Positions 10,101-20,864 of a stretch of DNA of 64,000 bases are shown here, piece by piece. The position numbers were made by a program, and so were the translations under genes. Location of the stretch: contig CAVTTN010000002.1 of the NCBI GenBank assembly GCA_963737655.1, positions 1,600,001 through 1,664,000 of the forward strand. Reading direction: 5' to 3'. Each line of letters opens with the position of its first letter. Within the stretch, counting starts at the first letter, position 1. A model generated the notes under the pieces. The model had not been told where the DNA came from. It did no database searches and saw only the letters and a list, made by a program, of their open reading frames with translations. This DNA is from an uncultured Planctomycetota bacterium. Its GTDB lineage: Bacteria > Planctomycetota > Planctomycetia > Isosphaerales > Isosphaeraceae.

Positions 10101-13100
10101 CGGCTCCGTCCCCACGATCGGGTTGCCCTGGAGCGACGAGCCGACGAGGTACACCGAGACCGCCAGCAACGGCAACGCCCCGACCAGGGCCGCCACCGTC
10201 CCCCCGGGCCGGACCCAGCCCCGCCACGACGGGCCGGCGCCGGTCATCAGGCCGAATCGCCGGTCGGTCACGATCCGGGCGATCAGCCCCGCCCCGGCCA
10301 AAGTCACGAAAAGGATGGCGGCCTCGCCCCAGATCCAGGAGAGGTCGGGATCGACGGGCCGGCTCGCCAAAGAGGCCCCGGCCACGAACGCCCCGAGGCT
10401 CGCCAGGGGAAGCAAGGCCAGGGCGATGGCCGTCCCGGCGACGAGCCGAGGGAGCCCGGACGCCTGTTCGGGCCCGATCGCCCAGCCCAGCCGCCGGGCC
10501 CGGTCCGCCAGGCGATCGCGGAACCCGTTGAGGATCGCCACGGCGAGGAAGGCCAGCGCCGAGGTCCACCGAAGCGCCGAGGCCGCCGCCACGTCCGGCC
10601 CCCATCGACCCGCCGCCAGGGGCGCCGCCATCGTGCCGACGACCAGCGCCCCGAGCAGATCGAGGCGTCGGAATCGCTCCCATTGTCCCGCCAGGAGGAC
10701 GGCCATCACCGCGACCAGGACGAGCCACGAGCCGATCTGGAGCGCGTGGTCATGGGGAATTCCCGAGATTTCGAACGCCGAGGCCGGGGGGACGACCCGA
10801 TGGAGGCCGTCGGTCCCGGCCAGCCTCGCGGCGAGATCGCGCGGCGACATCTCCCTCGCCACGTCGGGCGCGACGCCGTAAATCGCCATCGCCACGACGA
10901 TCGCGACGAGAAACCCCCGGAGGACGCGATCGAACGCCGGCCAGGGCGGCTCCAACAGGGCGTTGGCGGTCGAAAGGAGGGCCGAAGGGGGTTGTCTTCT
11001 CGCCATCGCTCGGTGGACCGCGATCCTCAACGCGATCCAGCCTCCGCAGAGCGCCGAGAGGGCCAACGCCTGGGCCTGGAGGCTCCACGGGTCGAGCCAC
11101 GGGAGCCGTTCCGAGGCGAACCACGGCCGCCTCGCCAGAACGGCCACCACCGCCGCCCCGACCGCCCCCGTGATCGCCGCCTGAGACCCGCCGAACAGGG
11201 CCGGAGAGGCCCTCCGCCACGCCAGGGCCAGCCACACGGCCGACAGCCAGGACGCCCGGAGCGCCACCGACGACGGCCCGGCCTCCGGCAGGGAGAGCAG
11301 AAGCAGGGCCGCCGAGAGGAATGACGTGGCCAGGGCCGACCGGGCGAGGATGCCCCGGATCGTCGCCGGGACCGGATGGCCGTCCTTCCGAAATCGCCCG
11401 AGGATCTCCGCCAGGACCAGGGCCAGAGTCGCATGGGCGAGCCCGGCGACGACCCAGGGGACCGCGACCGCCCCCCTCGCGCCGAAGACGACCCACTGAA
11501 CCAAAGCCATCAGCCCGAGGACCGAGCCGAGCCAGGCCAGGCCGATCGTCTCGGGACGGCCGGACGTCCTCTCGACCAGGGGGTTCCGCCCGAACCACCC
11601 CGCCGAGACCAGCGCCGCCGCGGCATACGCCCCAAGAATCCACGAGGCGCCGGCCGGGTCGCCAGCTCGGCCGAACCCGAGAACGGTCGCCAGGCCGACG
11701 CTCGCCACGAACGCCAGGGCCGTGACCGCCGCGTAGGCCTCGGCCTCGGCCCGGCGCTTCCATCGCAAAGCCCCGCCGACGAGGACGAGCATCGACAGGA
11801 CCAGGGGGACCAGCGCCGCCCCGCTCCGGGTTGAGAGCAGGACGGCTCGGGCCTGGTCCGCCGTCCCCCCGGCCCAGGCCAGCCCTCCCGAGGCCACCTG
11901 ATAGCCGAGCAAATAGGCGATCGCCAGGCACGCGCCGGCCAGCGCGTGGGCGGCGGGGGCCTCGAAGAACACGGCCACCGCCGAGAGCACGACGAAGCTC
12001 AAGAGCGCCACCGGCAGCATCCCGGACGGCTCGGGCCAGGCCAGGACCATCCCCGCCAGCATCAGCATGACGCCCCCGGCGGCGATCGCCGTCCCGGCCA
12101 CCCGATAGGCGACGAGCTCCGCGTTCCGGACCTTCCGCCACAGGACCAGCCCGGGAGCCAAAACCGCCGCGCCGGCCAGGGCGCCAGAGGAGCGAGCCGG
12201 TGGAACGTCGCCCACGAGGCGCCTCCCTGGATGATCAACAGACCCAGGGCGAGCGCCGCCGCGAACCCCGCCAGGCCCAGGAGGTTCAGGACTTCCAGGG
12301 ACGCCGGCTCGTCCATCTCGGGCTCGCGGCGGAACCTCGCCAACAGCCCGCCCGAGGCCGCCCCCTGGGCGATCAGAGGCAGGGCCCCGAGCGCCAGGAC
12401 CGAGGTCAGCCCCGCACCCGGACCCGCCCATCGGCGGATCAACAGCATGGCCACCGACGGCGCCAGGACGCCCAGGGTCAACGCCCAGGGGGCTCGCGAG
12501 ACCAGGGACCGGCCCGCGCGGAACGTCAGCCACGCGAAGATCGCCGCCGTCCCGAGCTCCCCGGCGACGGCCCAGGTCGAGCCCGCCTCGGTCCCCCTGG
12601 CCATCGCGGCCACGGCCAGGAAGTTCAGAGGGGCCAGCAAGGTGGCGATCACGAACAGCCCTCGGGCCGTCGTCGGCAGGGTCCATCGCCTCTCGGCGTG
12701 GATTCCCAGCAGGAACAGCAGGGCCGTGACCCCGTTGAACAGCCCGAATTTCAGGAACGGCCGCTCGGCGATGCTCGACCAGAAGCTGATGACCAGCGCC
12801 AGCGAGCACCCGACGATCAACAGGCCGCCGACCAGCTCGCCCCAGCGGATGTTCTTCTCCTCCAGGAACCCCGAGAGCAGGGCGCCGAACGCCCGGGTGG
12901 GCTCGGGTTCCGCGGTCGCAGGCCCGACGACGGCCGGGAGCGTCTCTTCGGAGGGCGTCGTCGGGACGTCGGCGACCACGTCGCGCTCGTCCAGGAACAG
13001 GACGCCCGCGGAGGGAGGCGGAACGGGCCGGGCTTCCTGACGAGCCGGGATCGGCACCTGGGGGCGGAGCCGATCGGCCAGGGCCGGCGCGGAGGCGTCC

Positions 13101-13447
13101 TCGGCCCGGATCGCCTGGAGGAGCCGTTGGCCCGCCTCGTCGCTCAGGACCCCGGCCCGGAGCAACCGCTCGACCTTCCTCCGGAGGGCGGCCAGGGCGC
13201 GTTTCGGCTCGGGCCGGGCCGAGGCCCCGGGGGCCATCGGCGACCATCCGCAGACGAAGCACGACCCGAGCCGGCGGTCCCACTCCTCGGCGCACCGGGG
13301 GCACGTCTCCGACGCGACCGGCTGGGGCGTATGCCCCTGAAACAGCCCGACCAGCCCCCGGATCGTCGCCCGGACCGCCACCCACAGGCCGTGGCCCACG
13401 ACCGCGATCACGCCAAGGCCGACCAGGAGCCAGAACACGAAGTCCAT
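7192..13447 (-). CDS. Giant (~2,080 aa) polytopic membrane protein with N-terminal CxxC..CxxC zinc ribbon; two apparent frameshifts (~12180, ~8475)
   Basis: Three consecutive frames (12062..13636, 8403..13694, 7192..10728) each carry part of one hydrophobic protein; start MDFVFWLL; CPRC/CFVC; FLEEKNIRWGELVGGLLIVG; C-terminus ALFEKKR. Confidence 0.8.
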
Positions 13448-13692
13448 CGGGGGCCCTTCCTGCGTCGAGGAGCGACCGGACCCGGGATCGACCGACATCG
13501 GCCCCCGTCCCGCGATCGTATCCGGGCCGCGATCCGCGGAGGCGAGAAATCCCGGAGCCGCCGAACCGAAATACGTCGTCTTGGTCCGTCGCCGTTGACT
13601 CGCCGACGTCCCTCCCCATTGATTTGTGGCAAGCAAATGTTAAACTTAACGGGCGTCGCCCGGAGGCGACCGACCGACGGGAGGCCCCGACC

Positions 13693-15061
13693 ATGAACCG
13701 GACCGAACGGAATCTCTCGCTGACCCGTCGCGGGTTCGTCCAGGTGGGTGCGTCCTCGCTCCTCGGGATGGGCTTGCCCGGCCTCCTGGCCGGGAGGGCG
13801 GCGGCCTCGGGCCAGGCCGCGACGGGCCGGGCGAAGTCGGTGATCGTGATCTTGCTGAGCGGAGGGGCTCGGCCAGCACGACTCCTTCGACATGAAGCCC
13901 GACGCCCCCGACGGCATCCGGGGCGAGTTCAAGCCGATCGCCACCAACGTCCCGGGCATCCACGTCTGCGAGCACCTGCCCCGGCTCGCCGCTCGGGCCG
14001 ATCGATTGGCGATCGTCCGCTCGATGTCCCACCCCGAGGGGAACCACCTGGTCGCCGTCCACCGGGTCCTGACCGGCCATCCCTCGAACCCCCGAGGCGC
14101 CAGCGACCTGGACCGCGTGGCCTCTCGGGATGATTTTCCGTGCTACGGCGCCGTGGTCGATCAGGTCCGCCGCCGGGGCGAGGGCATCCCCAGCGCCGTG
14201 GCGTTGCCGTTGAGGCTGGTCGAGGGGCCGTTGACGTGGCCGGGCCAGGACGCCGGATTCCTCGGCCCCCAGCACGACCCGTGGCAGCTCCGGCTCGACC
14301 CGAACCGGCTGGACTCGAAGGATGAGAGCCTCGCCCTGCCTCAAGGGCTGGACCCGGACCGCCTCCACCGCCGCCGCCACCTGCTCGGGCAGGTCGCCCC
14401 GCCGAGCCCCGGCGATGCCTTCGCCGACCATCGCGACGCCGCCCTGGCCATGCTTTGCAACGGCAAGGTGGGCCGCGCCGTCGATCCCGAGAAGGAAGAC
14501 CCGAGGCTGGCCGACCGCTACGGCCGCCACCTTTTTGGGAAGACCTTGCTGATCGCCCGGAGGCTGGTCGAGGCGGGCGTTCCGGTCGTCCAGGCGACGA
14601 TGGGGATCGTCCAGACGTGGGATACCCACGTCGCCAACTTCCCCCGGCTCAAGGACAGCCTGCTCCCCCCGCTCGACCAGGCGGTCTCGGCCCTCCTGGA
14701 CGACCTGGAAGCCCGGGGGATGCTCGACGAGACGCTCGTGGTGATGCTCAGCGAGTTCGGCCGGACGCCCCGAATTCACCCGCTGAAGCCCGGGGACGTC
14801 CCGGGCCGAGACCACTGGCCGGCGGTCTTCCCCGCGGTGTTCGCCGGGGCCGGGGTCGTCGGAGGCCAGGTGATCGGCAAGTCGGACAAGCTGGGAGCGT
14901 ATGCCGTCTCCCGGACGTTCGGGCCGCCGGACCTCGCCGCGACGGTCTACCACGCCCTGGGCGTCGATCCGGCCACGGAAGTTCGCGACCGTCTCGGCCG
15001 CCCTCTCCGGCTCTGCCTGGGAGAGCGGATGACGCCGCTCTACTCGGCCGAGACGGTCTGA
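13693..15061 (+). CDS. DUF1501 domain protein with Tat signal; apparent frameshift ~13865
   Basis: TRRGFVQ Tat motif; LSGG-[LGQHDSFD]MKPDAP; WDTH; SEFGRTP; GRDHWP. Confidence 0.9.
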
Positions 15062-15075
15062 TCGAGGCGGCAGGA

Positions 15076-15207
15076 TACGTGTTCAGCGGGTCAGAGGCCG
15101 GATTTCGTAGGGTCCGCTCTTGCGGACCTCTTCGGAGCGGCGTCGAATCGAAGAGGTCCGCAAGAGCGGACCCTACGAAAGTGGCCTCCCAAGCCGCTGA
15201 ACACGTA
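15076..15207. mobile_element. MITE-like element (TA-flanked TIRs) containing a GTAG REP doublet
   Basis: TA-CGTGTTCAGCGG ... CCGCTGAACACG-TA ends; internal gtagggtccgctcttgcggacc (15107-15128) and its inverse (15155-15176). Confidence 0.65.
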
Positions 15208-17584
15208 CGCGAGGTTTCTCGCATCGTCTGACCCGTTGAAGGCGATGGGAAGCGTCAGGACCAGCGCGAGCACGCAACCCAGGAGCCAGGCCCCGAACGT
15301 CGCCGCCGAGACCGCCCGGCCCATGGCCAGCCCTGGCGGCTTGTACGTCATCACGACCCGGTGATCGCCGGGCCGATCGAGGACCAAGGTCCTCTGCCAG
15401 TGGTCCCCCTTGAGGACCTCGGCCGGGCGGCCGTCCACCTCGGCCGACCAGCCGGGCATCCACGTGTCGGCGACCACGAGCAGGCCCGGGCCCCGGTCCT
15501 CACCTCCACCTCGACGCGGTCCGGGTCGGCCGAGCGAACGATCCGGGCCGGGGTGAACGGCTGCCTCGAACCGGCCTCCCGCAACGGGTCGACCGGCAGG
15601 ATCACGGCCTCGCGAGGGTCGAGCCGGACGAACCGGCCGACGATCGAGGGCAAGTCGGGCGCGACCTCGGCCCTCGGCACCACGTAGGCTCGCGGAAGAG
15701 GCTCGGGATCGCGCCGGACGACGAACGAATCGCTCGCAACCGATCCCGACGCCGCCACCGGCCAGCCGATCTCGGGGACGTCGCGATCGGTGACGATCAG
15801 GGAGGTATTCATCCGCCGGAGCACGGCTCGCCAGCCGTCGGGATTCGCCAGGCGGGCGAGCCGGGGCGGTCCGAGGCCGCCGAACATGTTGTAAAGCGTC
15901 TCGTAGAGGTCGGCCGCGTGCTGGACCTGGAACGAATCATTCACATTGGTTTTATCGATGTTCATCGAGCCGGCCGGGGCGTCGCCGAAGAAGGCGTCGC
16001 GGGCCCGGACGCGAAACGGCCCCTCCGGGCGGCTCCGAACGATCGCCCGGCCCACCTCTCCCGGGTCCAGGAACCGCGAGGCGGGCGCGACCCGGATCAG
16101 GCTGTGCCCATAAATCCCCAGCTCGGCGACCGCCAGGACGCCGAGGGCCGCCGCGATCGTCCGTCGCCGATCGGGCCGGAGGCGAAGGGCCTCGAAGCCG
16201 AGGAAGGTGCCGGCCAGGGCGGCGAGGGCGACCGGGTCGGCCGCGATCCTCGCCCCGGCCCCGATCCATCCCGTCTCGCTCGGCCCGGAGCGCGCCGAGG
16301 CCGCGATCAGCCCGGCCGCCAGGGCCGCGACCGTCGCGCGGACGCCCTGGGCGAATCGCTTCCAGTCCGTCCCGGCCGTCGTGATCGCCTCCACCCCGAG
16401 CCCGGAGAGGACCGAGGCCCCCAGGCTCGCCAGGAACAAGGACCGCGCCGGGACCCGGAACCGATCCATCCCCGGGACGATCGCATAGAACAGGCGGAAC
16501 GTCCACGTCCTCGGACCCAGGGCGAACAGGACGGCCCCGACCGTGAGCCCCAGCCATCCCAGGATCAGCCTTCGCCTCGGCGACCCGGCCACGGCCGCCG
16601 CCGCCAGCGCCAGGGGGACCCAGCCGATCGAGACGACGGTCTCCCAGTAGCTCCCCGGCCCCCGATAATCGCCCGGCCCGCCCAGGGCCCTCGGCCCCGC
16701 GAGCTGAGCGAGGTTGATCCAGCTCGCGTGATACTTCCCGGCCTCGCGGAACCCGAGCTTCGTGCCCTTCAGGGCCCATTTTGCGCGAGGAGGTCCGGGA
16801 CCAGCTCGACGGCGACCAGGCCGAACGTCATGGCCGCGACCAGGGGCGCCAGACCGAGCAGGAGGCCCGCCGATCGCGGCCCGTCGGCTCGCCATCGCCG
16901 GGCGGCCTCGGCGGCCAGGAGGCCGAGGAGCGCCAGGATCAGGTAGTACGCCTCCTGGACGTGCCCGGTCAGCATCGCCGCCGCCAGAATGGGCGGAAGC
17001 AGCCAGGCCCGGGAGACAACCGGCCATTCCTGAACTCCCCAGGCCGCCCAGAATGCCCAGGAGTACCACGACGCGGCCCAGACGTGCGGATAGTGCCCCT
17101 CATTGGCCTGGGCCAGGACGTAAGGGGCGGAAATGAAGACGGAGGCGCCCACCGTGGACGCAACCCGAGGAACGTCCAGGCTGCGTAAGAGGACGTAAAG
17201 GCCCAGGCCACCCCAGGCGAGATGGCCGACGGTCAGCCAGCCCAGGGCCGACGGCGTCCAGAATCGCCAGGCGACCCACGAGGGCGGATACCAGAGGCCG
17301 CCTTGAGGGTTCCCCACGAGGGGGCGCCCGCCGAACCCCGACGGGTCCCAGCCGGGGATTCGGCCCGTCCGGGCGACGGCCGAGGCGATCCGGGCGTGAT
17401 GGGGGAGGAACAGGCGGGTCAGGTCGTTCCCCGGCGAGAGGGCGTCCTCGGGGACGGCCCGATCGATCCCGGGGCGGTCGGCGTCGGCGATCAGGGCCGT
17501 CGGATCGGCCGCGAGCTTGCCGAAGACGACCAGGGCCACGCCGATCAGGACCAAACCGGGCCAAATGTTGCGGAGGAGCTTCAT
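15091..17584 (-). CDS. YfhO family (GT-C-like) membrane protein; apparent frameshifts ~16780 and ~15489
   Basis: IPGWDPSGFGGRPLVGNPQGGLWYPP; FRVPAR; PLPRAYVV; DTWMPGWSAEVDG; C-terminus reads through the repeat element. Confidence 0.8.
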
Positions 17585-17630
17585 CGTGGAGGACCGGGCC
17601 TTCCGGATCACGGGGCGTGGCGACCGATTC

Positions 17631-17718
17631 CCGGGTGGCATGCCCACGTCTTCGTGGGCATGTCCTCGGACTGGACCGGACCGAAGACATGCCCACGTCT
17701 TCGTGGGCATGCCACCCG
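17631..17718. repeat. Family B REP doublet
   Basis: gggtggcatgcccacgtcttcgtgggcatgtc ... gacatgcccacgtcttcgtgggcatgccacccg. Confidence 0.8.
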
Positions 17719-17748
17719 CGAATGGGGCGCGGGCTGACCATTTTCGGG

Positions 17749-19065
17749 TCACGGGGCCGGGGTCTTCGCCCCATCTCTCACCGGGGCCCGGAAGTGCGGC
17801 CCGGGAGCGGTGGAGGCGCGGTCCCGGCCGGTCCGGAGGCCGGCGATCAGGGCGAAGTAGCGGTCGATGTGGGCGGCCTCGGACCACTCCCCTCGCCGGA
17901 CGGCATGCCCCCGCTCGGCCAGCTCGTCGCGGAGGTCCTCGTCGTGGACGACCCGTCGCAGGGCCAGCAACAACTCGCCGTCGGTCGAGTAGCCGAGCCC
18001 CCCTCCGCTCTCCACGCCGGTCTCGACCAGGGCGCCGCCGCCTCGATGGACCACCACGGGCGTCCCCACGGCGAAGGCTTCCAGGACGACGTAGCCGAAC
18101 GTCTCGGGGAACAGCGACGGCACGACCACGGCCCTCGCCCCGTGGAACAGCCGGGCCAGCGCCTCGCCGCCGAGCAGCCCCTCGAACTTCACGTTCGGCA
18201 GCCCCGAGGCGAGCCGTCGGAGGGAGGCTTCGTACGGGCCCGTCCCGGCGATCCTCAGGTCCACTTCCGGCAGGAGTCGCATCAACGGGATCAGCCTCTG
18301 GAACCCCTTCATCGCCACGAGGCGGCCCGCCGCCGCGAGATACGGCCGGGGCGTCGGGGCCGGAGGGTGGTCCTCGATCCCGCCCGACCAGTCGTCGGGC
18401 AGGAAGTACGGCAGGTGGACCATCGGGGCGCCCACGCCTCGCCTCCGGTGCTCCTCCAGGGCGTGCAACGTCGGGAAAACCAGGGCGTCGAGCTGCTGGA
18501 GGCCGCGATCGATGGCCCCGGTGTACCGCCAGACCTGCGGGGGGCGGCCCCCGGCGAGGCTGCACCTCACGCAGGTCGGCCCGTCGCACGCCTTCCGCCC
18601 GTACTTCCACAGCAGGTGCATCGGGCAGATCAGCCAGTGCTCATGGGCCGTCATGATCCGAACGGCATGGCGGCCCATGTGGAGGACGTCGGGCCCGCCG
18701 ACGAGCGAGATATTGTGGAAATGGACGACGTCCGTATCGAGGTCATCCAGGAGGCCCCTCAGGGCCTTCGTCTTGAACCAGGGCTTGCCCGTGACCTGCG
18801 TGGCCAGGGGGGAGAGGACGCCGAACCGGCTCTCCAGGCGGTGGACGTGCAGCCCCTCGGGCGGCGAATAGGGCCGCAAGGGATGGCGGCCCCGGACGGC
18901 CTCGAAGGCGTCCCCGCAGTGGACGACGTGGACCTCATGGCCTCGTCGCAGAAGGGCCCGGCTCAGGCGATCGACGTAGGCGGCGTCCCCGCCGAAGCTG
19001 TGGCCGCCGAAGAACGTCGTGACCATGCAGAATTTCAACGGCGACCTCCTGTCGCGTCGCATCAA
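17749..19065 (-). CDS. Glycosyltransferase family 4
   Basis: VVHFHN, TAHEHWLICP, GRLVAMKG, PSLFPETFGYVVLEAFAVGTPVV; start uncertain. Confidence 0.9.
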   Translation of the reverse strand: MMRRDRRSPLKFCMVTTFFGGHSFGGDAAYVDRLSRALLRRGHEVHVVHCGDAFEAVRGRHPLRPYSPPEGLHVHRLESRFGVLSPLATQVTGKPWFKTKALRGLLDDLDTDVVHFHNISLVGGPDVLHMGRHAVRIMTAHEHWLICPMHLLWKYGRKACDGPTCVRCSLAGGRPPQVWRYTGAIDRGLQQLDALVFPTLHALEEHRRRGVGAPMVHLPYFLPDDWSGGIEDHPPAPTPRPYLAAAGRLVAMKGFQRLIPLMRLLPEVDLRIAGTGPYEASLRRLASGLPNVKFEGLLGGEALARLFHGARAVVVPSLFPETFGYVVLEAFAVGTPVVVHRGGGALVETGVESGGGLGYSTDGELLLALRRVVHDEDLRDELAERGHAVRRGEWSEAAHIDRYFALIAGLRTGRDRASTAPGPHFRAPVRDGAKTPAP

Positions 19066-19144
19066 CCCGGAGGTCCGCTCCGGGGGGCGGTCGTGTTTAC
19101 CAGATCGGCTCAGTCCCGGCTAGCGGAAGTCCGCGAGGGAGTCT

Positions 19145-19165
19145 GCAGGGTGCATGAAAGGCACC
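19145..19165 (+). repeat. Degenerate family A REP
   Basis: gcagggtgcatgaaaggcacc. Confidence 0.55.
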
Positions 19166-19201
19166 AAACCCACGCGGCCGCCCGCCCAAGGCCGCCTTCC
19201 T

Positions 19202-20806
19202 TCACGAATTTCCTCCGCCCGACCCGCACGGGCAACCCACGACCAGCCGCAAGTCCTCGCGGCGGAGGCCGCCGAGGGTAATCAGGGCGATCAGGTAGGC
19301 CCCCGCCCCCGCGGCAACCGTCAAGGCCAGGGGCATCCCCCGATCGACCGCAATCCGGCAGGCGGGCACCATCGCCAGGGACGCCAGAGCGGGCCGCAAG
19401 AGGTGGTGGTGCCAGGCCGGCTGCCTCCCCTCTCTCGCCAGGAGACCGTAGCCGGCCGCGACCAGCACACCCCCGATCACCAGGACGGCCGACGAACCGC
19501 CGATCAGCCCGAAATTCCCGCACAGAAACGCCACCAACGGCGCCGACAGGGCCGCGCCCACCAGCAACAATCGCACGCCCACCACTTCGCGATTCAGGGC
19601 GATCAGCGCGGTCTGATAAAGGAACGCCACGGCGAGCAGCGGGGCCCGCCAGATCCCCACCGCCAGCAGGGGGGCGGCCCCGGCATACGGCGAGTCCAGG
19701 AGCGTCCGCACGATCGGGCCGGCGAGCACGGTGGCGCCCACGGCCATGGGCACGAGCCCGATCATGAGGACGCGGACCATGCCGTCCAGGGCGTTCCGGA
19801 CCGATCCCGGCGAGTCCCTCCACGACCGGGCCAGGCCGGGGAAGACGACCTGCTGGAAGATCAGGGAGAAGGCCAGGGCCGCCATCGCCACGCGGTGGGG
19901 GGCGTCGTACAGGCCGACCTCGCCCCAGCCGCTCATCAGGCCGATCACCAGGGCGTCCACCGACCCCAGGACCGCCTGCGCCACCTGGATCAACAGCACC
20001 GGCAACCCCCGGCGGACGGCGACCGCCACGAACCGGCTCCGGCCCAGAGAGGGCCTCGGCCAGCCGTGCTCCCGGACGTAGCAAAACCACACCAGGGCGA
20101 TCCCGGAGACCTCGCCGGCCACCAGGAGCGCGGGGACGCCGACGATCCAGGAGGCGTCCCGGACGACGACCACGACCCCTCCGGCATAGACCAGCGTCCG
20201 GAGGACCAGGGACACCGCCACCAGGCCCATCCTCTCGGAGCCTCGATAGACGAAGTCCAATCCCAGGGCCGTCGTGATCAGGAGGAGGCCGTAAAGCGCG
20301 AACACCGAACGCTCTCGGGGTGCGTCCAGGGCCACGAACACGACCGCGAGGAGCCCCGCGTAAAGCCCCAAAGCCAGGCAGCCCTTGAGGGCCAACAGGT
20401 GATCGACCAGGGGGCGGATCATCCGAGGGTGGCGGGCGATCTCTCGGGCGGCCATGACTTCCAGGCCGTCGCGGACGAGCAAGACGAGCCAGAAGACCAC
20501 GTTGAACGCCAGGGCAATCCGGCCGTTGTTCTCCGGCCCCAGCCGAGAGGCCAGGAGCAGGGTCACGGCCATTGCCACCCCTCGGCAGGCGATCTCGGCG
20601 GCGCTGAGCGCGACGAAGTTCGTTGCCACCCGGCGGAGGGCGGGCCGGTTGGGGGCGGGTTCGAGGTCCAGGCTCGGGCGGGCGGTCGTCTCGGCCGCGG
20701 GGGGGGTGGCGCGACGGAGGCGGACCGGGCGGAACGCTCGGGTCGAGGGGGCCATTCCGGTCGTTCGTCTCTTCCCTGAGAGGGGGCCGCGCGGCGTTTC
20801 GTCCAT
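19202..20806 (-). CDS. Polysaccharide flippase (Wzx/MOP family)
   Basis: About 12-14 TMs; LASRLGPENNG, AREIAR, EVGLYDAPHRV, VVFPGLAR; start uncertain. Confidence 0.85.
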   Translation of the reverse strand: MDETPRGPLSGKRRTTGMAPSTRAFRPVRLRRATPPAAETTARPSLDLEPAPNRPALRRVATNFVALSAAEIACRGVAMAVTLLLASRLGPENNGRIALAFNVVFWLVLLVRDGLEVMAAREIARHPRMIRPLVDHLLALKGCLALGLYAGLLAVVFVALDAPRERSVFALYGLLLITTALGLDFVYRGSERMGLVAVSLVLRTLVYAGGVVVVVRDASWIVGVPALLVAGEVSGIALVWFCYVREHGWPRPSLGRSRFVAVAVRRGLPVLLIQVAQAVLGSVDALVIGLMSGWGEVGLYDAPHRVAMAALAFSLIFQQVVFPGLARSWRDSPGSVRNALDGMVRVLMIGLVPMAVGATVLAGPIVRTLLDSPYAGAAPLLAVGIWRAPLLAVAFLYQTALIALNREVVGVRLLLVGAALSAPLVAFLCGNFGLIGGSSAVLVIGGVLVAAGYGLLAREGRQPAWHHHLLRPALASLAMVPACRIAVDRGMPLALTVAAGAGAYLIALITLGGLRREDLRLVVGCPCGSGGGNS

Positions 20807-20864
20807 CGGGCCGCGCGGGCGGACGTCTCCTCGCGGCGAAGGCTAGCCGCGATCCGAGGGGCTG

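Noticed and set aside
8523..11324. Long antisense or alternate-frame ORFs (e.g. 8523..11324, 20901..23555, 51220..53718)
   Set aside because: R/G/P-rich shadow ORFs expected in high-GC DNA opposite real genes
12170..12190. Programmed frameshifting in the giant membrane gene
   Set aside because: No slippery heptamer; matches the window-wide homopolymer error pattern
13626..13650. Possible sigma54 promoter (TGGCAAGCAAATGTT)
   Set aside because: Lacks the TGC element at the -12 position
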